A stretch of 63,520 bases of DNA, counting the filler, from Nemertoderma westbladi (lineage: Eukaryota; Animalia; Xenacoelomorpha): NCBI GenBank assembly GCA_032718475.1. It is 3 parts of 3 records of this genome, joined end to end, with 100 filler letters (N's around TTAATTAATTAA, not from the genome) between each part and the next. Parts side by side here need not be neighbours in the genome. Positions count along the whole stretch, not along the records: positions 25,776 to 56,347 come from JAUCBJ010004164.1; 2 more parts are not named here. One strand, given 5' to 3'. The notes beneath the pieces were generated by a model. It saw only the letters and a list, made by a program, of their open reading frames with translations, was not told the DNA's origin and searched no databases. Positions 37,610 to 48,828 of the stretch are shown piece after piece (the first letter of the stretch is position 1; every line of letters starts with the position of its first letter). The position numbers and the translations under genes were made by a program.

Positions 37610-38489
37610 CTACCGTGGCGCAAGAAGTCGAGGAAATCCAGCAAAGTACCTAACTGATCCTAGACTTTGCTGATGACATAGGGATACTATGAGAAACACT
37701 AGAGGGAGCCCAAAGGCTCCTCTCCTCATTGAAGAAGGTTGCTTCTAGTGTTGGTCTTTTTGTAAATTACAAGAAGACCAAAATCATGACAGTCAACCTA
37801 GACAGCCCTCAAGAAATATCTGATGGTAAGGGCATAAGCTCTAAGGGCGGCTTGATTGAGCATGTGGATGACTTCTGTTATCTGGGAAGTCAGATGAAGA
37901 CCTTCGGATACGTAAGGGGAAGGCATGGGCAGCATTGAATAGACTATCCAGGATTTGGAAGTCCCATAGAATAAAACGGAACCTTTAGGTTCGATTATTA
38001 ACGGCAGTAGTTGTACCAGTACTCTTATATGGGAATCCATGGTGGGTTCTAACTGCAGATGAAACTCTGGATGGCACATTCACAAGAATGCTACGCCGGG
38101 TTCATTGTGTTAAGTACAATGAACACATCTCCAACCAGACTCTACAACATATTGGAGGTTTTCATTGGCTCCCCCAAGCTTGATAATTGAAAGGAACCAC
38201 CTCCGCTTTGTAGGACATTGCCTTCGCGTGAGGACCAGCCAGTGCATAATCTTGTGATTTGGCGGCCCCCATGGAGTGAATAAGCATGGTGGACAGCCCA
38301 TGACCTTCTTGAGACGCATCTTAAAGGACACTGGCCTTGAAGATGCGGATGATCTAACAAATGTCATGAGTGATGATAGGGAGTTGTGGCGGCACAAATT
38401 TGTCGACAAGCGGCACAGCATTCTTAATATGTAATATATATATATATATATAATGCAGCTGCAATGCAGCAGCCGATCGTAGTAGTAGT
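37610..38489 (+). mobile_element. Degenerate RTE LINE 3' part in syntenin intron 2
   Basis: RSRGNPAKYLTD.DFADD region through to the 3' UTR TGCAGCTGCAATGCAGC and (TAG)n; many frameshifts. Confidence 0.88.
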
Positions 38490-38819
38490 TCGCTTAACTG
38501 TACGCTGATATCGAATTTAAATTATATTGCAATTTAAAATAATCATGACGGTAAGAAAAGAATACACTAAAGGTGAGGGGGTGAAATTATAATATACTAT
38601 GAATGTAATGAAAAAATATACTATGTGAAAATATACTATGTAATTTTAACCGGGTGGTGGATTTTTAGGGGGTGAAAATTCTCTGCTACACCGGTACCCC
38701 GGTAATTTTGTGTTAAAAGATTAATAGGAACTGATAGCAGGATAGTAGTAGTATAAAGTATAAGGGATAGTAGTAGTATAAACTATGAACTGATAGACTA
38801 GGTGGAATATATTCCATAC

Positions 38820-39032
38820 CTCAGGGATGTGATGTTGCATTGTCGTACTGCTGATGTCCAGACCCATATACTCGTCCCCCAGACTCGGATACAACGAGCT
38901 GATATGTTCACGACGTTGCGTGGTGGCCGGGCTGTACGAAGGGGCGGCGACGTAGCCAGCTGGGTAGCCGCCAGCAGGAGCATCCGGCGCTGGGGCGGTC
39001 CCGGTAATAGCGGCATTGTGTTGGCGTTGCGC
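38820..39032 (-). CDS. SDCBP: Syntenin exon 2
   Basis: AG/GT bounded, 71 codons: AQRQHNAAITGTAPAPDAP..SSLYPSLGDEYMGLDIS..HIPE, containing the LYPxL motif and YMGL. Confidence 0.9.
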
Positions 39033-40419
39033 CTAAAAACAAAAGCAACACGGTGAAACACGCATAGTAAAGTTCGGTTTGATGTTGAAGTTAATAAATT
39101 TCAACTTCAACAATATTACATTATTATATCCTATAACTCCCCGCATTAACTTCTTTCTTTCTTGATTCTATATCTGTCAGTCTGTAGTTTATTAGTTATT
39201 TCTGTTGTATATTAACTGTATAAACTGTAAACAGCCAACTAAATCTGTAAATACTACAGTACTAAATAGTTGGGGATTTGGTGCCGGTGCCGCAGGTCAG
39301 CAGGTTCTGTAAAATTAGAAATATACTTTCTTAATTTTTTTCCAATACAGTCAGACAGTCGAATATATTACATATTAGGCCTATATTCACATATTGGTTG
39401 GATTTGGATTAGAATCAGTCTATCTATCACTGTTACAGTAGGCCTAGTACTGTCAGACTGTAGCCGATCTCCCCCATTTCTTGTAGTAAAAACTGCATTT
39501 TATGACAATTTTTTTTACATTTAAAATTGAATATTATGACTTATGGCACTTTACTTTAGTATTTGGTTCGGTTCCGGTTCGGCAAAATTTTAAATTCGGT
39601 CGATCCATAATCAGATAATCTATCATCTATTAGCCCAGTCTGCCAGGCCAGTTAGCCTCTGCTGAGGGTGAGGACTAACGTGTTTCCTGTACTACTGCAG
39701 TACTGTAGCGGTACTGCAGCAGTACAGTATTAGGCCTACTGGCTGACTGGTGCAATGTTCTGTAACCTGCTCCTATTATTGCTGTATTGTAACCTGTTTA
39801 TATTACCGGTACTCTGTCTCTTGGGGCTATCCCCAGATCCCCGACAGCTGACAGCCCGACATTCATGACATTACAGCATTAGATACACCACTATTACGTA
39901 TTACAGTATTAGGCTACTGTATTATCTTATAAAGTCACAACACATCAGTTCTGTTCTGACGTGATATGATCACGACAGAATTACAGAATTACCTTTGCGA
40001 ACACCATTCAGCCATTCAGCAATTATGAGCCGACCAGGACTGTACTGCAGTATTTGTACTGTGACCGACTGTCTGACTGTATCCAGGTATCGTAACCGTA
40101 CTGTACTGACACGCCCCTGTCCCTTCGCGCCAGGATCCTAAATGCGCGCCACACATGTTGAGCAAACTCTACATAAATTCCAACCTGGCCCACAGGCAGA
40201 CAGGCTCACAGCACAGGCAGACAGGCACAGTCCCAAACACGTTAATCCCCTCTGCCTGTCTGCTGCCAGGCTGCTCTGTATCAAGTATTAGTACGGCGTC
40301 TGAGGAGTACCGGTACCGGTACGGGCTGACGGGTACCGGGACCAGTCAGCCAGTAAAGTACCGGTATCCAGTAGGCTACAGTATCAAATCAATTAGGCCT
40401 AGTCAGCTAGTTGACTAAC

Positions 40420-40470
40420 TTGCGCCATCTGGTCGACTTTCATGTCCTCTAATGAAGGATACAGTGACAT
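40420..40470 (-). CDS. SDCBP: Syntenin exon 1 (start codon)
   Basis: MSLYPSLEDMKVDQMAQ followed by a GT donor; matches the canonical syntenin N-terminus MSLYPSLEDLKVD. Confidence 0.92.
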
Positions 40471-40855
40471 TATGATAGACTTTTCTTTGCCAGACAGATT
40501 TTTTTTTTTACTTCTCGGCTCTCGGTGCTGCGGTGATGGTCGAGGTCGATTGAATTCGATAGGCCTAATCAGTAATCAGATACAACACTCAGAATTTATT
40601 ACTTATTTCTTCAGTATTTCTTTCAGTACCGGTACGCCTATTTCAGTATTTAAAACTACTGCTGTACTGAAAGACTGACAGACAGCTGTATGTATTTTTT
40701 TATGTTTTTTATAGGCCTAATCGAATGTTTTTACTTTACACACTCAAATAACTATTATGTAATTTACTTAACATTTTACGACATGTCCCCTTACAGTTAG
40801 TAATTATGTTCGGTGCAGTTCGTTTTTAGCCAGCTCTACCACCAGTGTAAAAAAA

Positions 40856-40888
<33 letters not shown>

Positions 40889-40979
40889 GTATATGTAGCC
40901 TACTACTGTACTACATACTACTGTAATAGTGCTGTAGTGATGTTGAGGTGTACTAAACTGACTGTGTCTGACTAATGTA

Positions 40980-41921
40980 ATGTCCCGTAATTAATATAGG
41001 GGCCTAGTGTCATTTTCTGATGACACGGACAGGGACTGGGACACCCCCCAGATTTTTCTAGAAATCTTTATCATAATGCTTGAAATTTGAAACATAACTA
41101 GTTCCACTCACCGTCGATGACCCCATGAAGCCGGAATTTTCGATTTGGCCTTAAAAATTTTTTTATAAGCGTTTTAAAAAAATGTCATTTGCGAAATCGC
41201 ACCCTCCGTATCATTGCCATTCTTCACATTAGTCGTACTTTTTTCATATCATTAAACAGCTTGCGTTGCAAGGATTCAAAATATGTAATAATATCTGAAT
41301 TTCGTTGAGAAACAGCTGAGATACAGGCGTTCAAAGATTGCAAGAATTATTGCTCGCTGCATGCCATTTATTCTACCGGTATCTAATAAATACACCAAAT
41401 TCTAGAACGTGTTATTTATTATATGAGTTGGTTGGCAACAGCGGTATTCCTTTCCGATATATCTATTGCTGTATTGCGTAGCTATTCATACATAAACAAA
41501 ATGTTCCAGAACATCGTTTATTTATTAAATAAAATAAATGGCCTTCGCAGTGAAGGATAATTATTGCAATCCTTGAACGCCTATTTCTCAGCAGTTTCTC
41601 AACGAAATTCAGATATTGTTACATATTTGGACTCCTTGCAACGCAAGCTTTTTAATGATATGAAAAAATTACGACGAATGTGAAGAATGGCCACGATGCG
41701 GAGGGTGCGATTTCGCAAAAGACACTTTTTTAAAACGCTTATAAAAAAAATTTAAAGGCAAAATCGAAAATTCCGGCTTCATGGGGTCATCGACGGCGGT
41801 GAGTGGAACTAGTTATGTTTCAAATTTCAAGCAATATGATAAAGATTTGTAGAAAATTCTTGGGTGGGGGAGGTCCGTGACATCAGAAAATGCTGAAATG
41901 ACACTATTACGGGACATGGTG
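40980..41921. mobile_element. Fully palindromic MITE (Tc1/mariner-like ends)
   Basis: Arms of ~440 bp in inverted orientation; right end GGGACATGGTG-TA, left end eroded; related to 53899-54797. Confidence 0.8.
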
Positions 41922-42268
41922 TACTACGCAGTTTTGTAGTACTGACGGATACATGACCGATCGTAATCAGGATCGAATGTAACATAGTTATTACGTATCG
42001 AACAGTCTAATGTAACCGCAATTATGTTTACATTGGAGCCTATAGCTATGTTACATTGATCTACAAATTACTAAGCCCGAATGTAACATTGCCATTTACA
42101 GATTTAAAGGAGCATAGGTTACAGAGGCGTGTTGGGGGATCCAAAACAATAAACGAAAGTTAACACATTATTTGTTACAAGATTATGCAGGTTACTTTTA
42201 TTTAAAGGCTGAAAGGAGCAGGTTACAGAGGCGTGTTGGGGGAACCAAAACAATAAACGAAAGTTAAT

Positions 42269-44871
42269 TACTACTATACTACTACTAGGATCGGCATGCT
42301 GCATTGCAGCTGCATTTTTAAGAATGCTGTGCCGGCTTATCGACAAAATTGCACCGCCACAACTCCCTATCACCCATGACATTTGCTAGATCATCCGCAT
42401 CTTCAAGGCCATAGTGTCCTTTAAGATGCGTCTCAAGAAAGTCATGGGCTGTCCACCATGCTTATTCACTCCAAGAGGCTGCCAAAGTACAAGATTATGC
42501 ACTGGCTGGTCCTCACGGCGAAAGCAATGTCCTGCAAAGCGGAGGCGATTTTGTTCTAGTGTCAAGCATGGGGGAACCAATGAGACACCTCCAATGTTAT
42601 ATAGTGTCTGGTTGGAGATGTGTGCATTGTACTTGACACAATGAATCCGGCGTAGCATTCTTGTAAATGTGCCATCCAGAGATTTGGTGTCCTCAGCAGT
42701 TAGAGCCCTGCATGGACTCCCCATGGAACTACTGCTGCTCTAAATAATCGGACCTTAAGTTTCCGATTAATTCTCGGTGACTTCCAAATCCTGGAAAGCC
42801 TATTAAAGGCTCCCCATGCCTTTCCCTTACGTATTCGAAGGTCTTCACCTGACTTCCGGATCCATGATCCCAGGTAACAGAAGTCATCAACATGCTCAAG
42901 CATACCATCTTTTAAGCTTATGCTCTTCCGATCAGAGACTTGCTGAGGACTTTCAAAGTTAACTGTCAAAATTTTGGTCTTTCTGGAGTTAATAAAAATA
43001 CCAACACTAGAAGCAGCATGTTCTAATGAGCTGAGGAGCCTGTTTGGGAATTAGAAGTCCCAAAAATGTTTATAGTGAAGTGTATTAGTTTTAACATTGA
43101 GTTACTATAATGATTTAACTATAGTTACTTATTTCGCCTTGCGTGGTATAATTTCCTTTAAATCAGAATAATTAGAACTAACGTTGTTCCTATTGGTTTC
43201 CCTTCCAACCAATTAGATGACTTTAACAGGCTTCAGTGGAAACTATAATAACGCCTTTAGTCCAATGCATCTCTGTCTTGTTACTTGACTATGAATTTAG
43301 TAGGTGGCATTTCCGCTGAGTATTGTAAATTATAGAGACCTGAATTATTACCGGTACGGTCTGTACGGTATGGTACAGTCTACGGATTAGTGTTAATTTG
43401 CATTAATTATTTGTTTGTTATTATTCAAATGTATCAATAACATTGAACATCAAAGATCGCAAACTAAACTGGTTGTTCTCAATGATAATACGAGCAAACT
43501 GGTGAGTTAGTCATATACCAATAATTGTTAGTTGTCTCAATCCAACTCATTGGTTTGTATGACACCCTATCAGCCTATTATTGTGCTATAACTACCTCAC
43601 CTACGCAATAACACTTATTCCAATGACAGTTGGTAAAATAAAGTTTTATTAGTCCGTAGTCAGACATGACCGCGTTATTTTCATAATTCAGTTCAAATTC
43701 ACATTTTCATTGTTGGATATAATTCACAGTAAATCATAAATACAGAGATATTGCCTTTTCCCACAACTTGAAAGGAACAGTTTATACTTACGAAACACAT
43801 TTGTTGTAATCAAGTCAGTGATATTGCCCGATAAATTGCATCCACACAGCCGAGATACGTATAGTCCTTAATAGTTAAGGTACCCTGCTGCACGTGCTAT
43901 ATGTATCTCTACAATACATGATTCAGCGTTAAAGTGTTATCTATAAATTTAAAGCAAGACCATTGTGATTTGTTTGACCCTTTTAAAATTACAAATTACC
44001 GAATCAAATGCAGCAACAGAGCCTTTGGGCTCCCTCTAGTGATTCTGAGAGTACTCCTAAGTCATCAGAAAAGTCTTAGATCAGTTAGGTACTTGGCAGG
44101 ATTTCCTCTACTTCTGGAGCCAGTAGGTGGAGTTATCATCACCCCATCATCGTTATGATGATCTAAGGACATGCGTAGAACATAATCAACAACAATTATG
44201 AACAAGAATGGTGCAAGTGTGTCTCCCTGGAGGACGCCCCATAACACTTCAAATGGTTCTGTGTCACCGTCAACAGTAGACACAAATGTTGTCGAACCAT
44301 CGTATACTGATCTAATTGCTGCAATAATTTCATCAGGAATCCCATATAATGAAAGTATGCTGAACATACGTGAGCGAGATACTGAATCAAAGGCCTTGAA
44401 GAAGTCAACACAGATAACAGCCAGATGCCTGCCTGTCTTTCTTTTTTGATAACTCTTCAATTATCCTTCTAAGTGCCAAAATGGGCTCCATGGTCCCATG
44501 ACCTTTACGGAACCCATTCTGATTTCCACGGAGCAGTCTCTCAATGGGATCCCTAATGCGATTTAATAGAATTCTATTGTATAGCTTTGCAGCAATCGAG
44601 ATCAATGAGATTCCCCGAAAAGAACCATAGAGTGTTAGGTTGCCCTTCTTGGGAACTGGCACCAACTTATTTGTTTTCATTTCTTGTGGGACTCTTGTTG
44701 TTCGGTACATATCTACTATGATGGGATAGATGAGCTTTAAAGGTATTTTAAAGACCTCAGGGGGAACACCATCTACTCCACTGGCACGATTGGTCTTAAT
44801 GCTCTTTGCAGCAGCCTTCACTTCTGCAAAGGAGATATCACCAATGGGAATATCTGGGAGTACAGACTCAG
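42269..44871 (-). mobile_element. RTE-clade LINE (RT and 3' tail), split by a solo LTR
   Basis: RT motifs PVPKKG, FRGISLIS, QNGFR, VDFFKAFDSV, GVLQGDTLAPFLF; (TAG)n tail near 42270; frameshifted. Confidence 0.92.
43041..44018. mobile_element. Solo LTR (978 bp)
   Basis: TGTT...AACA termini and exact 5-bp TSD GAGCC; the RTE sequence is contiguous once it is removed. Confidence 0.85.
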
Positions 44872-44874
44872 ACA

Positions 44875-45444
44875 CGTTCGTGGGGCCTTCGCGCAGCACG
44901 AGAGCCTATATTAGAAAGTACATTATAGTAATCTCTATTAGATATACGAAAACCAAAATACTGTATATATGAGTGAAGGCGATGCTATCAGTTTGTGATA
45001 AACTAGTTGTAAAAACAGAGATCCATTTCAGTTTGCCCTTACACACTTTAACTATCATTTGTAAACCTTCTAACTAGGGCTATTTAAGTTAATATTCATT
45101 AGCCTCGTTGCGCTCGTCCTGTTTTGTCTTAAAATAATTTTCCTAAACGGAGACTAACGACTTTATAACTATGCAAAGTCTCGAAACTGTAAGAGTAACT
45201 GCTGATTTATGGCGTGTGGATACTCGTATCCACTGTAAACTCGTCGCGTTCGTTCCTTTTTTTTTTTACCAAACTTCAGATTCTTTCTAAACTTTTGCCG
45301 GACTACATACGTACCAATTAAAAAAAAAATTTAATTTCATCGAGGAATAACTGAGTTATTAGCGTTCAAAAATTTACGACGACGACAGACAACTCGTTAA
45401 TGGCACCCATATGCTAAGGCTTCGCTCACTTCGTGGCTCGCCCC
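44875..45444. mobile_element. ACA-flanked element (family X), short variant
   Basis: Starts ACA|CGTTCGTGGGGCCTTCGCGCAGCACGAG and ends CACTTCGTGGCTCGCCCC|ACA, the same termini as 48929-52095. Confidence 0.8.
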
Positions 45445-45756
45445 ACATTTAATAGTTAATTTAAATTGAATTTATACTTTGTTTTAAACCGCGGTTTAAT
45501 TAAATACCGCCTGGTACAATGGAGTAGTCCTATATACCCATCATTATTATTAATCGACTTATAGAAACAGCTCTGTGATTCACATTGGAGCAGTATTAAT
45601 GTTTAGTATAATGGAATATAAATTGGATTTTATCGATTCGTATAAATACATTGCAAGAAGTCGATCATCCATGAAATGTAATCGTAATGTTTCTATGAAA
45701 ATATTAACAAATATTTTGAAAAATTATTAATCTGATATATCATTACCAAAACTATA

Positions 45757-46027
45757 ATGTTTTCTGCACACCAAATAATAATAATTACCATCCTTGGTGC
45801 GAGTGTTTACATTAACTCTTTCTGTACTAACTCTCTCTCAGAAGGGGTGTCTACCAATGCCGCATCAGCACATCAATGCAGCATTGATTGCGAACAGTAC
45901 AGTAATCTATGCTGGTCGTTCAGTTTCACTGACAAATGCGAGCTCTATAGCGAGGATTGTCTAGCAGAGATGGACAGCTGGGATGTTGTTGATGGTCTAG
46001 AAAAGCGATGGGTCAGCAGCAGCAAAG
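45757..46027 (+). CDS. First exon of a putative secreted PAN/Apple-domain protein
   Basis: Hydrophobic N-terminus, then C-x3-C-x6-C-WSFSF-x3-C-ELY, ending at AAG|GTAAA; no downstream exon found. Confidence 0.55.
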
Positions 46028-46110
46028 GTAAATTATTAAATAATATGGTTATATATTACTAAAACTATGACTGTATATTTACTAAAACAGAGTTCTGTGT
46101 ACATAATACA

Positions 46111-48828
46111 CGTTCGTGGGGACTTCGCGCAGCACGAGGCCTAGTTATTATATACAAATTAAAATGCAGCGACTGTATCACAAAATCAGGTTTTGAGAAA
46201 TTTACCCACACCACCAATCAATCAAAGAAAGGTGGACAGTACGTGTTCACCCCTTTTAATCTCCCCCCCCCCCCCCCCCCCACCCTTCCCAACCACCAAT
46301 ACATAACCGCGACATCTACCACCCACGGAAGGGTAGCACGAACTTATTTCCAATCGCACGTTAAATATGCAAAGCCAGGTGGTTTATAGGAATATAATAA
46401 ACGCAGTACTCGTTTTCATTATAAGCCTCTTTGCGTTCGTCCTGTTTTGTATTTAAATATATTTCTTAAACGCAAGCTAGGACGATCTTTATAATAATAA
46501 CTAGAAAGCCAGTGGCCCTTCGGGCCACGGCTTTCTAGTTCACAAGCCTATTCACCATTCCAAACATTAATTAATTAATTAATTAACTTAACAAAACTTC
46601 ATATGATTGAGAGTGTTCTCTCAAACAAAAGGACTGATGCTGTTTTACTTTTCAGATATCTACACTGGTCAACGTCCTTCGCATAGATGCAGCCTTATGA
46701 TGTAGTACAGTAGACCTTTGACAATTATCAGCGTAAAAGCATTTTTAATAAATAAATGTGAGAATGTTTTTACTTTTCAGATTCAGATTTTTCGCACCCT
46801 AGCAGCGGAGTAGACTGGAAATCCACAGACTGGTTAGCGTCCTCCCCATACAAACAGCCTATGGTCAAGCATGCCTTTCCCAAGTATAAGCAAAAAAGCA
46901 TTAGAAACAACGAAATGGGAGAAAGATTTCACTTGAGACATTTCACCCTCTAGCGGCAGACTGAGAAATAGCAGATTGGTCAGAGTTTTCCACAAACACG
47001 CAGTCTATGGTGTAGTAGACCTCTGACAAGTATCAGCCTAAAAGCATTACAAACAACGAAACGGGATAAGGTTTTCACTTTCAGACATTTCGCCCCCTAG
47101 CGGCCGAATGGAGAACTGCAGTTTGTTTGGCGTTTTACCTAGACACACACCCTATGGTGTACTACACATCTGGCAAGTGTCAGCCTGAAATCATATTAAT
47201 AACGAAATGGGATAAGGTTTTCACTTTCAGACATTTGGCCCCCAAGCGGTAGACTGGATAAATGCAGACTGGTTCTAGCTTCTCCCCAAACACACAGTCT
47301 GTGGTGTAGTAGACCTCTGCCAAGTATCAGCAAAAAAGCATTATAAACAATGAAATGCATAAAGGTTTTCACTTTCAGACATTGCGCCCCCAAGCGGCAG
47401 ACAGAGCTATTGCAAATTGGTCTTAGTTCTCTACAAACACGCAGTCTTTGATGTAGTAGACCTCTGACAAGTATCAGCCTAAAAACATTATAAACATCAA
47501 AATGGGATAAGGTTTTCACGTTCAGACATTTCGCCCCCTAGCGGACGAATAGAGAACTGCAGGTTGTTCGGCGTCCTCTCCAGACACACAGCCTATCGTG
47601 TAAAACACATCTGCCAAGTGTCAGCCCAAAAGCATTATTAATAACGAAATGGGATATGGTTTTCACTTTCAGACATTTGGCCCCCTAATGGCAGACAGAG
47701 GAATTGCAGATTGATCAGAGTTCTCCGCAAACACGCAGTCTGTGGTGAAGTAGACCTCTGCCAAGTATCAGCCTAAAAACATTATAAACAACGAAATGGG
47801 ATACGGTTTTCACTTTCAGATATTTCGCCCCCTAGTGGCCGAATGGAGAACTGCAGGTATTTGGGCGTCCTCCACAGACACACACCATATGGTGTAATAC
47901 ACATCTGCCAAGTGTCAGCCTAAAAGCATTATTAATAACGAAATGGGATAAGGTTTTCACTTTCAGACATTTCGCCCCCTAGCAGTAGACTGGAGAAATG
48001 CAGACTGACTCTATCTCCTCCCCAAACACGCTGTACTGTATGGTGTAGTAGACCTCTGCCAAGTATCAGCAAAAAAGCATTATAAACAAAGAAATGGGAT
48101 AAGGTTTTCACTTTCAGATATTTCTCCCCCTAGCGGCAGACTGGGGAATTGCAGATTGGTCAGCATCCTCCCCAAACACACAGCCTATGGTGTAGAAGAC
48201 CTCTGCCATGTATCAGCTAAAAGGCTTTAATAATAACGAAATGGGAGATGTTTTCAGTTTCGGATATTTCGCCCCCTAGCGGCAGACTGGAGAACTGCAG
48301 ATTGATCGTGTCCTCCCAAACACACAGTCTATGGTCGGGAACAGATCTGCAAAGTATCATTTAGAACAGATTAAGTCTGGTATCAAAAAGTAGCATAATA
48401 GTCGAGACCCAACATGTAGAGTGACAGAATGAACTGCTAGGCCTACCGCGCTACTGGTACCAAATTCACGAAATCTGCATTCACGCAAACAAACGCGTAA
48501 AATAAGACTCGAGATAGCGACAGTGCACGTGCTCGTGACGAGAGCTTTCGTTCGATGTATCGCGAGCTCAGATTGGTGCTTGTGTGTAGAAACGTATAGC
48601 TTGGACAGACAAGCAGACAGACAGACAGACAGACAGACAGACACATGATATTTATATATATAGATAGATAACTAGGGATGCGATCAATATGTGAAGCCAG
48701 GTGGTTTATATAATAATTTAGTCAACGCAGTACTCGTCTTCATTATATGCCTCGTTGCGCTCGTCGCTTGTCCTGTTTTGTCATAAAATATTTTTCCTAA
48801 ACGCAGACTGACGATCTTTATACAGTTA
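46111..48828. mobile_element. Family X element interrupted by a Helentron-like insert
   Basis: 46111-46500 plus 48672-48828 align contiguously to 48929-49472. Confidence 0.75.
46501..48670 (+). mobile_element. Helentron-associated non-autonomous element (HINE-like) with ~147-bp internal tandem repeats
   Basis: Terminal hairpin CTAGAAAGCC.GTGGCCC TTC GGGCCACGGCTTTCTAG, about 12 units of ~147 bp, a (GACA)n microsatellite, end TATATATAGATAGAT; inserted in an AA/TT context. Confidence 0.75.
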
